A stretch of 64,000 bases of DNA from Candidatus Latescibacterota bacterium. Lineage in GTDB: Bacteria > Latescibacterota > UBA2968 > GCA-2709665. Numbering within the stretch: the stretch's first letter is position 1; every line of letters starts with the position of its first letter. The stretch covers positions 4,640,001-4,704,000 of the forward strand of contig OZ252100.1 of NCBI GenBank assembly GCA_965248435.1, read 5' to 3'. Shown one piece after another: positions 59,372 through 64,000 of the stretch. Both the position numbers and the translations under genes were made by a program. The notes under the pieces were generated by a model, which was not told the origin of the DNA, ran no database searches, and was given only the letters and a program-made list of their open reading frames with translations.

Positions 59372-59485
59372 AAAATTGCGGATTGTGGATTTTCGATTGC
59401 GGAGAGGTAATCACCGCGCAGGCGCAGAGGTCGCGGACGACATGGTTTAACGCTGCGGATACGAAATACGAGATACGATTTCTTA

Positions 59486-60910
59486 TCAGTTGGGGATGCG
59501 CATCGGGACGAAAAAGGTCCGGCGGCCTCTCCGAATGAGTAGCAGGGCGTTGTCGCCTGCCTTCAATTGGCTCATCACATCCTCATACGCCGTCATGTCC
59601 TGTACGGGCCGGCGATTGATTTCCATAATGAGATCATACCGACGAATACCCCTATTGTAAGCCGCTGATCCCCGTTTCACATTCGTGACGACCACGCCGC
59701 TGCCTTCCGGATAACCGAGTCGGCGTGCCAGTTCGCTATCCAGCTCCTGAACGTCCCAACCCAGGGCCTCTTCCTGCCGGGAAACTTCTGCGACGGGTTC
59801 TTCCGCTTCCAATTCTCCCAGCTTGACTCGCATAGTCTTTTGACGGCCCTCGCGACGGATCTTCAGTTTCACCTCGGTACCCGGTGTCTCCTGGGAGATT
59901 CGATTTCGGAGCTCGTAAGCACTGTTCACGGCGTTGCCGTTCACGGCAAGAATCACGTCGCCCCGCTCCAGCCCACCACGGTCCGCAGCGCTGCCTTCCT
60001 GGACACCGGCAACCAAAACGCCTTTGTTGGCCTCGAGGCTCATAGCTTCCGCCATTTCCTGCGTCACATCCTGGATGGACACGCCCAGGAAGCCCCTCTT
60101 TACCTCACCGCCCGAGATGAGTTGGTCCATGATGTTGCGCGCCATGTTCACGGGGATGGCGAACCCGATGCCCTGGTATCCGCCGCTGCGGGTAACGATG
60201 GCCGTGTTGATGCCGACGAGCTCCCCTCTGAGGTTGACCAAGGCGCCGCCGCTGTTTCCGGGATTGATCGCGGCATCGGTCTGAATGAAGTCCTCATAGT
60301 CCGCCAGACCGACCTCCCCCCGTCCTTTGGCACTTACGATGCCGTACGTGACGGTATGCTGAAGCCCGAACGGATTTCCAATGGCGAGTACCCATTGACC
60401 GACTTTAAGCTGGTCAGAGTTACCCATGGCAACGGTCGGCAGATCCTTTCCCTCTACTTTGAGGACGGCGACGTCTGTTTGCTTGTCCGTTCCAATGACC
60501 TCTGCCTCGAATGACCGCTTATCACCGAGTTCAACGCGGATCTTATCCGCGTCCTGGATGACGTGATTGTTGGTCAGGATGTAGCCGTCCCCAGATATGA
60601 TCACGCCGGATCCCAGGCCCTGCTGCCGTTGTTCGCCCCGCTGCTGAGGTACCTGGAAGAAACGCCTGAAAAATGGATCCCTGAACGGGGTCCCGGCGTA
60701 GGGGTCGCGCGCCTTAACGACCCGCTCGCTGAAGATGGTGACAACGCCCGGGCGGGCTTCGGCCGCCACCGCCGCGAAGGCATCGCTGAACTGCTCGAGC
60801 TGATTCAGCGTTTCCTGGGTCTCCAGGGGAATCGCAGCATCGGCGAGAGGGGTGTTCCACGAAGCGTAAAGGCAGAACAGGAGTATCCAAAGGTTACGGT
60901 AGGCCCACAC
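59486..60910 (-). CDS. degP: Do/DegQ (HtrA) periplasmic serine protease with two PDZ domains
   Basis: TNNHV, DVAV, QTDAAINPGNSGG; AAGGAG RBS before GTG 60910. Confidence 0.93.
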   Translation of the reverse strand: MWAYRNLWILLFCLYASWNTPLADAAIPLETQETLNQLEQFSDAFAAVAAEARPGVVTIFSERVVKARDPYAGTPFRDPFFRRFFQVPQQRGEQRQQGLGSGVIISGDGYILTNNHVIQDADKIRVELGDKRSFEAEVIGTDKQTDVAVLKVEGKDLPTVAMGNSDQLKVGQWVLAIGNPFGLQHTVTYGIVSAKGRGEVGLADYEDFIQTDAAINPGNSGGALVNLRGELVGINTAIVTRSGGYQGIGFAIPVNMARNIMDQLISGGEVKRGFLGVSIQDVTQEMAEAMSLEANKGVLVAGVQEGSAADRGGLERGDVILAVNGNAVNSAYELRNRISQETPGTEVKLKIRREGRQKTMRVKLGELEAEEPVAEVSRQEEALGWDVQELDSELARRLGYPEGSGVVVTNVKRGSAAYNRGIRRYDLIMEINRRPVQDMTAYEDVMSQLKAGDNALLLIRRGRRTFFVPMRIPN

Positions 60911-61278
60911 GGTGAAGCTCCTTTCTTTACAGCGTATTAGAGCGATGCAGCCAGAATATTTCGAGGTGGTGATCCGGCCCGGCTTCATTCGGAATACATA
61001 GTATAAGATCAACATGGCCGACAGAAGTTCCAATCTGCGCAGACAGTCCAAACCAAAACTATTATAACTTATGAATAAACAATATGATATATCTTATCTC
61101 CGGACTAACCTGTTTTGAGGGCCAGCGGTCTCGCCCACCTAAGGGTCTGCGGTGGTGGACCGTGTGGCCGAGGTTAGAATGCGTCATCTCGAAAAAGGGG
61201 CTCGCGACCCTTCAAAAAAGGGACCCCGGATTGAGATTTTCCTTGTTATGAGGCCAGGAATTTGTAAATTGAACCCCG

Positions 61279-61305
61279 TTAGCACTCTAGATCATCGAGT
61301 GCTAA
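61279..61305 (+). promoter_or_regulatory. CIRCE element (HrcA operator)
   Basis: Exact TTAGCACTC-N9-GAGTGCTAA upstream of groES. Confidence 0.97.
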
Positions 61306-61378
61306 TCCATCCGATGATTGCACTTCTTGTGCCTTCAACCCCATCAGAATACCTAACCCCAATCGCAGGAGGAGGAAG

Positions 61379-61690
61379 ATGGCAAAGAAAAAGTCCACCA
61401 AACAGCAGGTAAAGCCTCTGGCCGACCGGTTGCTGGTCAGACGGCTCGAAGAAGAGGAAGTGGCCAAGGGAGGCATCATTATCCCGGACACAGCGAAGGA
61501 AAAACCTCAGCAGGCTAAGATCATTGCCGTGGGGCCCGGAAAGCGTAGCGATTCCGGAGATCTGATCAAACCTGAAGTGAAGCCGGGTCAGAAGATCCTC
61601 CTGGGGAAATACTCCGGCACCGAAGTGGAGATCGAAGGCGAGGAGTACGTGATCTTGAGAGAGGAAGACGTGCTGGGTATTCTGGAATAG
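61379..61690 (+). CDS. groES: Co-chaperonin GroES
   Basis: KPLADR, GGIIIPDTAKEKPQ, AVGPG. Confidence 0.98.
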   Translation: MAKKKSTKQQVKPLADRLLVRRLEEEEVAKGGIIIPDTAKEKPQQAKIIAVGPGKRSDSGDLIKPEVKPGQKILLGKYSGTEVEIEGEEYVILREEDVLGILE

Positions 61691-63343
<1,653 letters not shown>

Positions 63344-63372
63344 ACTTCAGGCGGGTAATCAACGCCAGAAAG

Positions 63373-63405
63373 AAGGCCGACTGCAATGCGCAGTCGGCCT
63401 TTTTA
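63373..63405 (+). terminator. Rho-independent terminator of groESL
   Basis: AAGGCCGACTGC-aatgc-GCAGTCGGCCTT-TTT. Confidence 0.85.
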
Positions 63406-63474
63406 TGTCCGGCACCGTGTAGAGTGAGGCCGTCTTTCGTGGATCGTGAAATCCCCCCTGCCCCCCTTTACAAA

Positions 63475-63896
63475 GGCTCTTCACCGAATCTAGGGGAGGG
63501 CAAGAGGAAAAAGTGGCTATCTCTCGTTGCTCCCTAATCTGTTCGCCCCACCCCAGAACCCCAAGCCTCCGGCGGTCTACTTTTCTTGTCTCGCCACAAG
63601 AAAAGTAGACAAAAGAAGGGCGCCGCTCAAACGCCGCGGGGGCTCGGCCGCGGCACCTCACCCTCAGTGGAAAGGACGGTGGCGGCAATCAGGGCGGGAC
63701 TCCTGCCCCGCTTGACGTCCACGATGGGACCGGCCCAGAGGGCCTAACCGCGTGGGAGGTGAAAGAACGAGGTTGCAAGGGAGTCGCACACCGCGGCCCT
63801 GATCACTTTGCATTTCGAGAGTCCCAGGGCCGCCGGCAGGTCAGCGAGTTCTACAATAGAGCATACTACCATAACCCCAACATTTGGCGAAGAACC
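63475..63896. mobile_element. Non-autonomous MITE with ISL3-like ends
   Basis: TIRs GGCTCTTCACCGAATCTAGGGG / CCCCAACATTTGGCGAAGAACC (17/22); 8-bp target duplication TTTACAAA; no transposase. Confidence 0.75.
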
Positions 63897-63954
63897 TTTA
63901 CAAAGGGGGGACGTTACTCTGGGTGAAAGGGTTTTCCGTTCAGAGGACTGATTC

Positions 63955-63989
63955 TTCCCCCTTTGAAAAAGGGGGACTGAGGGGGATTT
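63955..63989. repeat. REP-like CCCCCTTT-N-AAAGGGGG palindrome
   Basis: TCCCCCTTTGAAAAAGGGGGACTGAGGGGGATTT, an inverted relative of the copy starting at 63449. Confidence 0.7.
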
Positions 63990-64000
63990 GCTTTTCGAGA

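Overview
GC-rich bacterial chromosome segment, probably a Latescibacterota-like organism (inferred from the C-terminal double EF-hand/dockerin-like tag and Ig-like repeats of the 1.5-kaa secreted protein). Left to right: a low-GC TonB receptor/5'-nucleotidase block; a two-component cluster with a tandem-domain FapA (DUF342) protein; an integration hotspot with two tRNA 3' halves and a broken phage-type integrase; an integron-like cassette array; sugar/acid catabolic genes with several gene scars; a vapBC pair; a TetR-controlled peptidase/hydrolase operon; transporters; a TonB/DUF4249 operon; degP; CIRCE-groESL; and an ISL3-like MITE inside a REP-like palindrome. The most notable signal is at 11.1-14.5 kb: an attI-like site followed by two cassettes, each closed by a non-canonical attC-like hairpin and bounded by 17-20 bp terminal inverted repeats. 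Cassette 1 is a tyrosine recombinase plus IS91-type HUH/Y2 transposase; cassette 2 is a GNAT gene. No classical IntI gene is present in the window.
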